Shown: one piece after another, positions 18,997-28,732 of the stretch | Position numbering within the stretch: the first letter of the stretch is position 1 | Layout of the letters: the number at the start of each line of letters is the position of its first letter | Assembly: GCA_963822585.1 (NCBI GenBank) | Contig: CAWGIE010000031.1 | Location: 128,001-192,000 of the forward strand | Length of the DNA: 64,000 nucleotides | DNA from: an uncultured bacterium | GTDB taxonomy: Bacteria; Auribacterota; Erginobacteria; Erginobacterales; Erginobacteraceae | Direction: 5' to 3' | Position numbers and translations under genes: made by a program | The notes under the pieces: model-generated | Database searches by the model: none | What the model was told of the DNA's origin: nothing | Seen by the model: the letters and a program-made list of their open reading frames with translations, nothing else

Positions 18997-20055
18997 TTAT
19001 CTCCCGGCGGGACGACGGACGCGGGGATGCCAGTTTCTGAGCAGGCCGGCCAGGGCGAAGGGGTGGAAACGGAGGAGGTCGTTGATCAGGTTGCAGCCCA
19101 AGTCGAGACAGGCCTGGCAGTTAACGGGCTTGAGCCGCAACCAGGCCCCCTCGATGTCGCCGTCGAGACAGTTGCCGAGCGGCTCACTATAAAAGAGCTT
19201 GGTGCAGGGGAAAATATCCCCCCGGTTATCGATGGCGGCCAGGTATCGCCCGGACTGGCACGGGATCGGGCGGAAACTCTTCAAATCCTCCCGGTCGGTG
19301 ATTAAATGACGGCCGAAGCCGTAAGGCCAGCGGCGGACGTAACGGAGGATATGCTTCGGGTAGGGCAGGACCCGGCGGGGGTGCCCGATCAGGTCGTCGA
19401 GGAAGGCCCCGATCTCCTCGTCACTCGCTTCCGCCGCCTCCACCCGGACGCCTTCTATCTTATCCTGGGGGCGGAGAAAGTTGATCCCGATGAAGCAGCC
19501 ATACTCCCGGGCGACGGAATCGACGTGGGCAAAGGCTTGGGCCAGGTCACGGGTCAGGGTAAACTGGAGCTGAACCCGGATCCCGCGGCGGCGGCCAGCC
19601 TCGATAGCCCCGATGACCTTCCGGTAGGTCCCCTCTCCGCGGTAATAATCATGGATATCGGGCGGCCCGTCGAGGCTGATACTCAACAGGTCGGTCCCGG
19701 CGATCTCCTCGATCCGCTCCGGGATCAGCAGACCGTTGGTGTTCAGCGAGCAGTTCATCCCCGCCGCCTTGACCCGGCTGATCACCGCCCCGATATCTTT
19801 CCGCAGCATCGGCTCCCCGCCGGCCAGCATCACGAAAGCGCAGCCCAGCCTTCCCAGACCGTCGATGACCTGGAGCAGGGGCTCCAGCGGAAAGTCCGGG
19901 CGGCGACGGCCGCCGAACTCGGCGTAGCAGTAGCGGCAGGAGAGGTTGCACCGCTCGGTGGTCATCAGCTGCACGAAGAGAGGAATCCGGCGGCCGGCCA
20001 GCCGGCTCGCCGCCTGCCGGGCCAAACGCGCTGTTTTCCGGATCCCGTTCTTCAT
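18997..20055 (-). CDS. Radical SAM protein (SPASM/twitch type)
   Basis: CNLSCRYC, AGGEP, ISLDG, GDIFPC, CQAC. Confidence 0.9.
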   Translation of the reverse strand: MKNGIRKTARLARQAASRLAGRRIPLFVQLMTTERCNLSCRYCYAEFGGRRRPDFPLEPLLQVIDGLGRLGCAFVMLAGGEPMLRKDIGAVISRVKAAGMNCSLNTNGLLIPERIEEIAGTDLLSISLDGPPDIHDYYRGEGTYRKVIGAIEAGRRRGIRVQLQFTLTRDLAQAFAHVDSVAREYGCFIGINFLRPQDKIEGVRVEAAEASDEEIGAFLDDLIGHPRRVLPYPKHILRYVRRWPYGFGRHLITDREDLKSFRPIPCQSGRYLAAIDNRGDIFPCTKLFYSEPLGNCLDGDIEGAWLRLKPVNCQACLDLGCNLINDLLRFHPFALAGLLRNWHPRVRRPAGR

Positions 20056-21113
20056 CGCAGCTCCCGCAGGGCCTTGCGGGCGTAATGCCAGAGGATATCG
20101 GGTCTCATCCCCAGCACCAGGTTGCGATCAAGGTAGGAGAGGATGTAACAGGCTTCGCACCCCTCCCGGCTGACCCCTTCCAGGGAGGATTTCAGGCCGT
20201 CGCGGCGGATATTGAAGCGCGGCTTGCCCCAGAAGTTGCAACAGGGATAGACGCTCCCGTCGGCGTCGATAAAGAGAACATAATCGCCGTGGTAGCATTT
20301 GGGATAATGGAAGCCGGGCGGGAGTTTGGTCGAAGCGGCCATCCTTTTCTGGTAGGAGAAGGGCCAGTCCAGGGCGATCTTGTGGGCCAGTTCGGAAAAT
20401 TGGAGGGGATAACCCTCGCTCCGAAGTTGGAGGATCTGGTGTAAAAATTCTCGGACCTGTTCATCGCTCACGTCGAGGTGATGGGTGGGCCCGCCCTCCC
20501 GCAGCGGCTCATATTGAAAGGAAAGGGAGAAGTTGAGGAGGGCGCCCTTCCGCCGGGAAAGTTCGGCCAAAAACTGCAGGTCCTCGGGTTGGGTTTCGCT
20601 GGTCAGGACCGCGTTGATCCGGGTGGGGACACCGGCGGCACTCGTCAACTCGATCGCCTTCACGATCCGGTCGAAGGTGCCCGGGCCGCGGTTGCGGTCG
20701 TTGACCTCCCGGCGACCGTCGAGGCTGATGCAGATCGAGTCGAGCTTCTTCACCACCTCGAACTTCTTTTCCACCAGCAGCCCGTTAGTGATCATATCGC
20801 AGATCATCCCCTGTCGGTTGACCCGGTCGACCAGTTCCCCGATGTCCTCGCGCAGCAGGGGCTCGCCGCCCTGGAGCTGGAGCAGGCAGGTCCCCGCCCG
20901 GGCCAATTCGTCAATCAGGCGGAGCAATTCCTCGGTTGTAAACTCCGGCCAGTTATCGCGGTTACAGTAATCGCCATAGCAGTAGTAACACTTCAGATTG
21001 CAGCGGTTGGTAACGGCCAGGTAGATATTGAGCGGTCGCCGTTTGTAGAGGAGATGACTGACGGCAAGGTTAAACAGCATCTTGGCACGTTTGTATGTCA
21101 AACTGTATCTCAT
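20052..21113 (-). CDS. Radical SAM protein (SPASM/twitch type)
   Basis: CNLKCYYC, QGGEP, GSVYPC, CEAC. Confidence 0.9.
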   Translation of the reverse strand: MRYSLTYKRAKMLFNLAVSHLLYKRRPLNIYLAVTNRCNLKCYYCYGDYCNRDNWPEFTTEELLRLIDELARAGTCLLQLQGGEPLLREDIGELVDRVNRQGMICDMITNGLLVEKKFEVVKKLDSICISLDGRREVNDRNRGPGTFDRIVKAIELTSAAGVPTRINAVLTSETQPEDLQFLAELSRRKGALLNFSLSFQYEPLREGGPTHHLDVSDEQVREFLHQILQLRSEGYPLQFSELAHKIALDWPFSYQKRMAASTKLPPGFHYPKCYHGDYVLFIDADGSVYPCCNFWGKPRFNIRRDGLKSSLEGVSREGCEACYILSYLDRNLVLGMRPDILWHYARKALRELR

Positions 21114-21130
21114 TATATTAATCAAGAATG

Positions 21131-21756
21131 GTAATCAGTAATCGGTGATCAGTGATCAGGAGCTTCGCTTTCATGAATTCCAGGGTTATCTTCGTCTATT
21201 TCCTCAAGTTGATACCAATCTCTTTCTTCTTTTATCATCTTGCCGCAGAACTGTGATGACTTGCTTATCATGCTATTTATCATTTTCCCTATACTCTGAC
21301 ATCGATCTACCAACTCCTTGTGCGTTGCTATATCGACATAGCCACAATCCAATGAAGTGTCGAGCCAGTGCTGGGTTTCCTGCTGTTCTCCATCGGAATC
21401 CGTTAATTTGCTTATAAAATGCGCCGGGTAGCGCCTCTTAGCCCATGCCTCTGCGATTTGAGCTCCTACTGATCGTGATGATTTGCGAATCTGTGAGGTA
21501 AGAGAATACAGCTCTTCTTTCGGATACGATTTTGTAAGATCAAAGATCTCTTTTGCCAACTGCCGGGCGCGCTTGTAAACCTCCAAATCCCTATAACTTT
21601 TCACGTACATGAGGGACTCCTCATGGTCACGCCAGCGAAAACTGCCACTGATTACCGATTACTGATCACTTATTATTTTTATATTTATCTTCCCCGCAGG
21701 GGCTCCAGCGAAATCGCCCACTGATTACCGATTACTGATCACCGATTACCGATCAC
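21131..21756. repeat. Inverted heptamer arms around four-helix gene 2 (21131-21158; 21649-21669; 21722-21756)
   Basis: 4 x GT(A/G)ATC(A/G) on the left; 3 and 5 x (T/C)GAT(T/C)AC on the right. Confidence 0.9.
21149..21610 (-). CDS. Four-helix bundle protein (IVP/Avd-like), copy 2
   Basis: About 80% identical to copy 1 over the first 123 aa (manual comparison). Confidence 0.9.
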   Translation of the reverse strand: MYVKSYRDLEVYKRARQLAKEIFDLTKSYPKEELYSLTSQIRKSSRSVGAQIAEAWAKRRYPAHFISKLTDSDGEQQETQHWLDTSLDCGYVDIATHKELVDRCQSIGKMINSMISKSSQFCGKMIKEERDWYQLEEIDEDNPGIHESEAPDH

Positions 21757-21763
21757 ATCAACT

Positions 21764-22897
21764 TCAAATGAAATTGATGTGATCCGGCGGTTCGCCGGCA
21801 GGTTCATCCAGCGAAATGACCCCGTGCTTCAAATCCCAGAGGAACTCGTTGATCTTGTGCTGGAGGCAGAGGCAGGCGCAGTCGGTCCGGGCGTCGAATT
21901 CATCGGAGGCCAGGTAGTCCATCACCTCCCAGTACCGCTCGCTCTTCCAGATCTCCTTGAAGGAAGTATCGATGATGTTCCCGATGTGGAACTTCTCCCG
22001 GTACCGGCTGTTAAAGAGCATGCCGCAGGGAGCCACCAGCCCGGACCCGGAGAACTGGGGCATGAAGGGGGCGCCGTAGCAGCGGGAGTATTTCCTCTCC
22101 CCCCCGCTCATGATCTTCGACCATTTCGCCTTGACCAGGTAATCCCCGGTCGAATAGCTCTCGGCCTCTCTCAGGATGTCCCCCATCGTGAAATATTTGG
22201 AATAATCCACCCCCAAAGTATGGAGTTCATCGTCACTGCAGTGCTTGATGACGGTGTAATCGACGCCCAGCTCCCTTCCCAACCTGGCCAGGGGGATGAT
22301 CTGGTCCTCATACTCGGGGAGGAGGACCATCTGGAGCCCAAGTGTGACCGAGAGGTCGTTCTCTCGTTTGATCCGCACGCACTCCTTGATGATATTCATC
22401 ACCCGGTCGAATGCCTCCACCCGGCAGCCCATCACCCGGGCATAAGCCTCGGGCTCCCCGGCGGAGATGTTGAATCGCAGATAGGTAAGAGCGGGCAGTA
22501 TCTCTCCCAGCCGTTCAATCTTGAGGAGGTAGCCGTTCGTGCCCAATGCCATGTCAAGCCCATTGGCCTTCCCCCGGATAATCGCGTCCTCCAGGTGGGG
22601 GGAGCAGGTGGACTCGCCATCGCTGACGAAGCTGATCGCCTTCACCCCGATCTCGGCGGCGTCGTCGAGAAACCGGAAGATGACGTCCCGGGTCATCTTC
22701 TGCTCGTCATGGAGCTGAAGCTTGCTGTAACAGTAGACGCAATTGAAGGTACAGCGGCGGGTGAGGGCGCAGTCGATCGTGATCGGGGCGATCCGCTCCC
22801 CGGCCAGCCATGCCTCCAGCCGCTCCCGGTGCCAGGCGAGTTTATGCCCGTCGAGCACCAGACGCGGCGCTTCATTTTTTTTCTGGCCATCCATCAA
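21764..22897 (-). CDS. Radical SAM/SPASM protein
   Basis: CTFNCVYC; C-terminal CYG..VAPC..GNI..SFKEIW..CACLC. Confidence 0.9.
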   Translation of the reverse strand: MMDGQKKNEAPRLVLDGHKLAWHRERLEAWLAGERIAPITIDCALTRRCTFNCVYCYSKLQLHDEQKMTRDVIFRFLDDAAEIGVKAISFVSDGESTCSPHLEDAIIRGKANGLDMALGTNGYLLKIERLGEILPALTYLRFNISAGEPEAYARVMGCRVEAFDRVMNIIKECVRIKRENDLSVTLGLQMVLLPEYEDQIIPLARLGRELGVDYTVIKHCSDDELHTLGVDYSKYFTMGDILREAESYSTGDYLVKAKWSKIMSGGERKYSRCYGAPFMPQFSGSGLVAPCGMLFNSRYREKFHIGNIIDTSFKEIWKSERYWEVMDYLASDEFDARTDCACLCLQHKINEFLWDLKHGVISLDEPAGEPPDHINFI

Positions 22898-22911
22898 AAT
22901 TACTTCCGAGA

Positions 22912-22998
22912 GGAGTATTGGAGTGGTGGAATGTTGGAGTGTTGTTTTTTCCGGGCCGAGTGCCCCACCACTCCATTACTCCAGTACTCCATCACTCC
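22912..22998. repeat. Inverted octamer element (4 x GGA(G/A)TNNN / 4 x NNNACTCC)
   Basis: ggagtatt ggagtggt ggaatgtt ggagtgtt ... accactcc attactcc agtactcc atcactcc. Confidence 0.85.
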
Positions 22999-23052
22999 AC
23001 TTTAATAAATCCGTTTGGCGACGGCGGCGAACAATCTTTGAAGCAGCCTCAT

Positions 23053-23877
23053 TTATTCTCTACTGTATTTGCCCGGAACCCCGAGACCGATTTCAATCGT
23101 CTCCCGACGCCGTCGGTCTGATACCGTTCCCGGGGCCGGTTGCCTCCCTACCTTCTTGGCGGGAGAGAAATAGATCTCTTTTACCAGGGCAAGGTAATCG
23201 CCCATAACCTGTTTCAGTGAACGCAGGGATATCGCCTTCGATTCACCGCCGGACCGAACCGCCAGGCGATAGGGGACCTCGGCAAATAGATACCCGCTCC
23301 AGACCGCTCGGACCACGTTCTCGGTCTGGAAGAAGAAACCGCAGCTTCGATTGGGGGAAGACGCGAGAATCTCCCGGCGATAGAGAACGGTGCCGTTGGT
23401 ATAGTTAAAATTAACGCTGAAGGTTACATTGATGATCATCCGGAAGAGAGTCGAGATCAGGTTCCTTATCTTCGGCCGGATCTCCTTGTTGTAGACAAAG
23501 GGGACGACCATATCCACCTCCCGGAGCAGCCCGACATACCGGATGATATCCCCGGGGTCGTTCTCGTCGTCGCCGGGCATGAAGGCGATGGCCTCCCCCC
23601 CGGCTTCCGGCAGGCCGTCCCGGAAAGCCGCGCCCAAACCCTGGGGGGTCCGGTGATGGACCATCCTGATCCGACCGCCGCCCTCCCGGGCGGCGATCTC
23701 TTCCACGATCCGCACCGTGCCGTCCGTAGAACCGTCGTTGACCACAATTACCTCTCCGGCAACCCCGTGTTGTCGAAACGCCTCCAGGGTGTGTTCGATC
23801 GCGCCGGCGATGTTGGCCTCCTCGTTCAGCGCCGGCATGATGATGGAGAGGTCGACGTTATCAGTATGAGCAACCAT
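23053..23877 (-). CDS. GT2 glycosyltransferase (DPM1/polyprenol-phosphate type)
   Basis: SIIMPALNEE, VVNDGSTDGT, GLGAA, EVPY..R..GESK. Confidence 0.9.
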   Translation of the reverse strand: MVAHTDNVDLSIIMPALNEEANIAGAIEHTLEAFRQHGVAGEVIVVNDGSTDGTVRIVEEIAAREGGGRIRMVHHRTPQGLGAAFRDGLPEAGGEAIAFMPGDDENDPGDIIRYVGLLREVDMVVPFVYNKEIRPKIRNLISTLFRMIINVTFSVNFNYTNGTVLYRREILASSPNRSCGFFFQTENVVRAVWSGYLFAEVPYRLAVRSGGESKAISLRSLKQVMGDYLALVKEIYFSPAKKVGRQPAPGTVSDRRRRETIEIGLGVPGKYSRE

Positions 23878-23911
23878 ATAGTGTAAACCGCATCACGCGT
23901 TTTACTAATCA

Positions 23912-23997
23912 GGAGTGCTGGAATACTGGAGTAAGGGAGTAATGGGAAAGTACTCCTGCCTTTCCATCATTCCATCATTCCATTACTCCATTATTCC
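23912..23997. repeat. Inverted octamer element
   Basis: ggagtgct ggaatact ggagtaag ggagtaat ... atcattcc atcattcc attactcc attattcc. Confidence 0.85.
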
Positions 23998-25100
23998 CTG
24001 TTTTTACTTTTAACCAGCCTGCTCCGGAAGGTTCCCAACACCGTCTCCCCGATCACGTTCAGATCCCAGTTGATCATGGCGGATGTATTGATCAGGGAGA
24101 CCAGGTAGCAGGTATAACACGGCTTCGTCTCCAGATGCCTGAAGGCCGCGTCAAAACCGGCATCCTTCAAGTTCTTGGCATTAAACATTCCCTGCATCCC
24201 CTGGCAGGGATAAAGGCAGCCGTCTTCATCGATAACAATCTCGTAATTGCCGTACTGGCATTCGATCGCCTCTTTCCCCAATAATCGGCATGCTTCTTCT
24301 TTGCCGAGGAACTTCCTGGTATACGACACCGGCCAGTTTAAGGTGTAGCGCAGTATCTTGGTGGTTGCGAAGATGGGATATCCGCGCCGAATGTATTCAA
24401 TAAATTTCTTCTGGTAGACAATGACATCCTCGTCTTCAGGGGCCAGGTCTTCCTCACCGAGCCGCTCGTCACCTTTAAAAAGGAAATTGATCCCCCATTC
24501 CACCCGGTTCTCTTTCACGAACTCGGCCATGAAATCGATATCGTGAACCGTATACTTGCTGATGGTGGAATTGATCCTGATCGGGGTTTGATGGACCTCC
24601 TTGACCGTCCTGATCGATTCCACCACCTTGTCGAAGGTCCCCTTCCCCCGGATCCGGTCGTTGCCTTCCCGAGCTCCGTCAAGTGAAAAGCAGATATTAT
24701 CGAGCAGCGCAATCTCCGGGATTTTCCGGATCCGGTCCGGGAACTGGCCGTTGGTCACCAAAGCGACGACGATCCCCTTGCTGTCGATATACGCTATTAA
24801 ACGTCCCAGGTCATTATGGAGGAGCGGCTCCCCCCCCTGGATCAGGATATATCTGGTTCCTCTCTCGTAGAGATCGTCGATCAGCCTGATCAGGTCATCA
24901 TATGCCCAGTCCGGCGTCCGGCGGTTTGAATAACTGCCGAAACAATAGGCGCATTTCAGGTTACACCGGCTGTTGATCACCAGATTGACATAGAAAGGGT
25001 ACCGGGGCTTTTTCAAGACCTTGATGGCCAGCATGTAATAAAGCGTTCGGACCCGGTTCCAGTATCGGCGAAGAGCGAGTTGTTTTTGGCTGTATTTCAT
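23991..25100 (-). CDS. Radical SAM protein (SPASM/twitch type)
   Basis: CNLKCAYC, QGGEP, FSLDG, GCLYPC, CYTC. Confidence 0.9.
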   Translation of the reverse strand: MKYSQKQLALRRYWNRVRTLYYMLAIKVLKKPRYPFYVNLVINSRCNLKCAYCFGSYSNRRTPDWAYDDLIRLIDDLYERGTRYILIQGGEPLLHNDLGRLIAYIDSKGIVVALVTNGQFPDRIRKIPEIALLDNICFSLDGAREGNDRIRGKGTFDKVVESIRTVKEVHQTPIRINSTISKYTVHDIDFMAEFVKENRVEWGINFLFKGDERLGEEDLAPEDEDVIVYQKKFIEYIRRGYPIFATTKILRYTLNWPVSYTRKFLGKEEACRLLGKEAIECQYGNYEIVIDEDGCLYPCQGMQGMFNAKNLKDAGFDAAFRHLETKPCYTCYLVSLINTSAMINWDLNVIGETVLGTFRSRLVKSKNRE

Positions 25101-25146
25101 GGCAAGCAAAGGTCAAAAATTGTTTTGGGCATATTTAATATACTCC

Positions 25147-25335
25147 GTTATCAGTAACCAGTAATCGGTAATCAGTACCCGGTGCCGGGTCATGCCGAAA
25201 GGTCCCCTGATCACTGATTACTGTTTACTGATTACTTTCTTGATCGGTAGTCAGTAATCGGTAAACAGTAGCCGGTTCCCGGGCCAGGCCGAAGGCCCAC
25301 TGATCACTGATTACTGATTACCGATTACCGATTAC
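25147..25335. repeat. Two tandem gene-less inverted heptamer elements (25147-25235 and 25240-25335)
   Basis: Each has 4 left units, a ~30-bp GC-rich spacer and 4-5 right units; the two spacers are similar. Confidence 0.9.
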
Positions 25336-26278
25336 TCTCCGTTCTTGTCTTCCCCTCTTCAGCAAGCACAGTTTTGATTCTCGAAACCACCTGCTCCGGT
25401 GTCAAGCCAAACAGCTCCCGCAGGTACTCCTGGCTGCCGGCGACCGGGGCATAGGTGTCGGGGATGCCAAATCTGATCAGCCGTACCGGCAGGTTTTCAT
25501 CCAGGATCACCTCTCCGACCGCGCTCCCGAGACCGCCGATCAGGGTATGCTCCTCAATAGTAACAAAGAGAGGACAGCGTCCGGACAGGTTGATCAGCAG
25601 TTCCCGGTCAATCGGCTTGATCGTGTGCATACTGATCACTTCCGGCTTGAGATTTTCTTGCATCAGCAGGTCGGCGACCGCGACCGCTGTCGGGACCATG
25701 TTGCTGGTGGCGATCAGGGCGACGGTGTCTCCTCCGCGCACCCGCAGTCCCTTCCCGATCGTGAAAGGGATATCATCGCCGGCATGAACGGTCGGCTCAC
25801 CGGATTTGCCCAGCCGTATATAACAGGGCCCCGTTAGTTTTAACGATTCTTTCACCGCGAAACGAGTTTCAACCGGGCCGGCCGGACAGATGACCGTCAT
25901 GTTGGGGAGGGCCCGCATCACGGCGATATCCTCGATCGCGTGGTGGGTGGCGCCGGCTGTCCCGTAAGTAACCCCCTGCCCCACCCCGACCAGTTTTACG
26001 GGCAGGTTCTGGTAGCAGAGGTCGACCCGGATCTGCTCGAAACAGCGCATCGTGATAAAGGGCACGATTGTATAGACGAAGACGGTCTTGCCGCTCATCG
26101 CCAGCCCGGCGGACAGCCCGATCATCGCCGCCTCGGAAATCCCGACGTTGTAATAGCGCCCGGGGAAGCGATCCCGAAATTCTTCCAGAATCGTGAATCC
26201 GGCGTCGCCGGTCAGGAGATAGATGGAATCATCCTCTTCCGCCAGCTTGAGCAGTGTATTGATGAAAGCCCGACGCAT
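25325..26278 (-). CDS. Transketolase, C-terminal (pyrimidine-binding) subunit
   Basis: NVGISEAAMIG, GATHHAIED, YIRLGK, TIEEH..GGLG. Confidence 0.92.
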   Translation of the reverse strand: MRRAFINTLLKLAEEDDSIYLLTGDAGFTILEEFRDRFPGRYYNVGISEAAMIGLSAGLAMSGKTVFVYTIVPFITMRCFEQIRVDLCYQNLPVKLVGVGQGVTYGTAGATHHAIEDIAVMRALPNMTVICPAGPVETRFAVKESLKLTGPCYIRLGKSGEPTVHAGDDIPFTIGKGLRVRGGDTVALIATSNMVPTAVAVADLLMQENLKPEVISMHTIKPIDRELLINLSGRCPLFVTIEEHTLIGGLGSAVGEVILDENLPVRLIRFGIPDTYAPVAGSQEYLRELFGLTPEQVVSRIKTVLAEEGKTRTESNR

Positions 26279-26298
26279 TATGTTCCCTCATTATTCAT

Positions 26299-26441
26299 GT
26301 AATCAGTAATCGGTGATCGGTAATCAGTGGCCGGCAATCGGTTGCCGCGGCGGGAATACACCGATTATCGAAGCGCAGCGGAGATCCCGAGGTTTTGACG
26401 AAGTCAAAACTTTTCGGGACTGATTACTGATCACCGATTAC
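26299..26441. repeat. Inverted heptamer element with a nested hairpin insertion (26368-26419)
   Basis: 4 left units; right arm interrupted by ...tcccgaggttttgacgaagtcaaaacttttcggga. Confidence 0.85.
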
Positions 26442-27235
26442 AGTCCTTTATCCAGTTCCCGGCAATAACACTCTACCTTGCCTTTCGGGACCGAGAGATA
26501 GTGCGATTCGAAACAATCCTCCATCTCTTTGATCCCCTTGCATTTAGTCGTATGGGCTATAATCATGGACGGACACCCCGGACTGAAGGGAACCGCCCGG
26601 AACGCGGCCTCCAGTTTTCCGTGATCGTGCCCGTCAACCTCCCTCACCCCCCAGCCGAAGGCTTCCCACTTTCTCGGAAAGGTGCCGATCGGCTGGATGT
26701 TCTCGACCCGATCGAAACCCTGCAGGTTGTTGGCGTCGATGATGGCAACCAGGTTGTCAAGCTGCAGCCGGGCCGCCAGCATGGCGCCTTCCCAGACGCT
26801 CCCTTCCTGGGTCTCGCCGTCTCCCATCAGCACATAGACCCGGTAGGATTTTCCGTCATTTTTTGCCGCCAGAGCCATCCCGGCCCCGATATTAATCCCG
26901 TGGCCGAGGGAACCGGTTGAGGTCTCCACCCCGGGGACGCCTCCTTTGACCGGGTGGCCGTAAAGCTGGCCCCCGTTCTTGAGATAGGTCTCCAGGACCT
27001 CTTCGGGGAAAAAGCCCTTTCTGGCCAGCGTGGTATACCACGCTGAGGCGGCGTGTCCCTTGCTCAATATAAATCGATCGCGGTCGGGATCGTCAGGAGA
27101 GGTGATGTTCATTATCCGGAAATAGAGAACGGTCATGATATCGACGATTGACATCGCCGAACCGAAATGGGACCCCGTCTGGTGCATCCGCACCAGACGT
27201 TTTCGTATCTCCCTGCTGATCTCCTCTGTTCTCAT
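26438..27235 (-). CDS. Transketolase, N-terminal (TPP-binding) subunit
   Basis: DRFILSKGHA, TGSLGHG, GDGETQEGSVWE, DGHD. Confidence 0.93.
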   Translation of the reverse strand: MRTEEISREIRKRLVRMHQTGSHFGSAMSIVDIMTVLYFRIMNITSPDDPDRDRFILSKGHAASAWYTTLARKGFFPEEVLETYLKNGGQLYGHPVKGGVPGVETSTGSLGHGINIGAGMALAAKNDGKSYRVYVLMGDGETQEGSVWEGAMLAARLQLDNLVAIIDANNLQGFDRVENIQPIGTFPRKWEAFGWGVREVDGHDHGKLEAAFRAVPFSPGCPSMIIAHTTKCKGIKEMEDCFESHYLSVPKGKVECYCRELDKGL

Positions 27236-27359
27236 AATATATTTTCGAGTATGGACAGCTCTAATAAATGATACTTTGAGATTGCGTCACAGGCACTCAT
27301 TCCAATTCAAAAAGAAGACAGACTACACCACATGGATTATATATTCAAACTATAAGAAC

Positions 27360-28661
27360 TTAGCCCTTGGGAAAAATGCTCGCCACGCAATTCCGAGCCA
27401 TTCCGACGGCATCATTCATATTGATGTATTCGAACGTTGAGAACCTCCCGATGCTGACTATCCCCCGCGATTTGAGCCAGGAAAGAACAAGGTCGATGTT
27501 CTTCCGGTGATCCAAATCGTAAATAACATACGCGTATCGGAAGGTTTGAGTGGAGGCGCTCTTCACGGCGCCCGCGGGACAGAATCCCAGCCGGTCCAGG
27601 TCCTTGACCGCCATCTCCGTGACCGCCTCCGGAGGAAGATCGTAACGACTTCCCGGCCGGAAAGTGATCTCCGTCATCAGCGTGGACACGCCCGGCAGGC
27701 GATAGTTTTTACCCAGGAAATCCACCCGGGAGACGCGATGAAATGAAATATCCGCGCGTGGCACCATGACCGCGAGATTGGCAGCCAGGTTCTCTTGGGC
27801 GGTTTGCACGATGGAGATATGAATGGAGTTGTACTTCAGATCTTCCAGGGCGCTCATCACTTCGGCGGGGGGGCCCGGTTCCAGGCGGGGAAGAAGTTCA
27901 TGAATCGGCATGGTAGAAACAACCCGTTCAAAATCGCGCGTCTGACCCCCGGCGGTTACCCGGAATGTCCCCTCGCCGGTGATTCTCACGCTTTCTACGG
28001 GAGAAGAGAGATGGACTTCAAGCATGTCGCGGCAACGCTCCGCCAATGCCCGGATGATGGATTCGGTCCCCCCCCGGTCAGGGTAGGAAAAATGTAACTG
28101 GTGCAGGTATCCCTCCGTGGGCACTCCCCGGGCGGAGGCAATAATGTCTTCCGGCGGCGGCTGGGGTATCCGCCCGACCATCTGAGTATCCATGAAAGAG
28201 GGCTCGAATTTCCAGATCTTCCGGTTGTAGGGCTCGAGGTACGTCCGGGTGATCCCTTCACCGAAGGTCTTATAAAAGAAAGTGAGCATGGTGGGGGCCG
28301 GGTAATCCCGATAGGGATTATTGATGAACGTATCCAGGCACCAGTCCCGGTCCTCATCCGGAAGCGCCGAGAGTTCGTTTTCAAAGGGGTATTTGACAAA
28401 CCTTCCCCGGTAGAAAATCTTGTTGGAGCGGCGCCTCTCATGCATTGGGGTTAATGAAAGCAAAAAATCAAGGATCTCCTTGTCTTTCGAGAAGAAAATA
28501 TGCGGGCCGATGTCGTGGCAGACCCCGTTAGTCTCGAAGGAGCGGCATAAGCCGCCTAAGCGGTCTTCTTTTTCGTAAATAACCATCTTCCGCCGGGAGA
28601 AATACGCGAAGGATAAGGCGGACAACCCCCCGCCCAGCACGCAAATCGATTTTTCAGTCAT
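27360..28661 (-). CDS. FAD-dependent oxidoreductase (HemY/UDP-galactopyranose-mutase-like)
   Basis: VLGGGLSAL, YEKEDRLGGLCRS, DIGPHIF, GRFSTFEYINM. Confidence 0.8.
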   Translation of the reverse strand: MTEKSICVLGGGLSALSFAYFSRRKMVIYEKEDRLGGLCRSFETNGVCHDIGPHIFFSKDKEILDFLLSLTPMHERRRSNKIFYRGRFVKYPFENELSALPDEDRDWCLDTFINNPYRDYPAPTMLTFFYKTFGEGITRTYLEPYNRKIWKFEPSFMDTQMVGRIPQPPPEDIIASARGVPTEGYLHQLHFSYPDRGGTESIIRALAERCRDMLEVHLSSPVESVRITGEGTFRVTAGGQTRDFERVVSTMPIHELLPRLEPGPPAEVMSALEDLKYNSIHISIVQTAQENLAANLAVMVPRADISFHRVSRVDFLGKNYRLPGVSTLMTEITFRPGSRYDLPPEAVTEMAVKDLDRLGFCPAGAVKSASTQTFRYAYVIYDLDHRKNIDLVLSWLKSRGIVSIGRFSTFEYINMNDAVGMARNCVASIFPKG

Positions 28662-28732
28662 GGCGATTGCCTTCTCTGATTACTGCTTGCTTCAGTTCTG
28701 CCACTACCGTCAGGAATCAGGATGTGGCGCCA

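Noticed and set aside
11879..21610. Diversity-generating retroelement (Avd-like genes)
   Set aside because: No reverse transcriptase and no adenine-variable TR/VR pair seen in the window.
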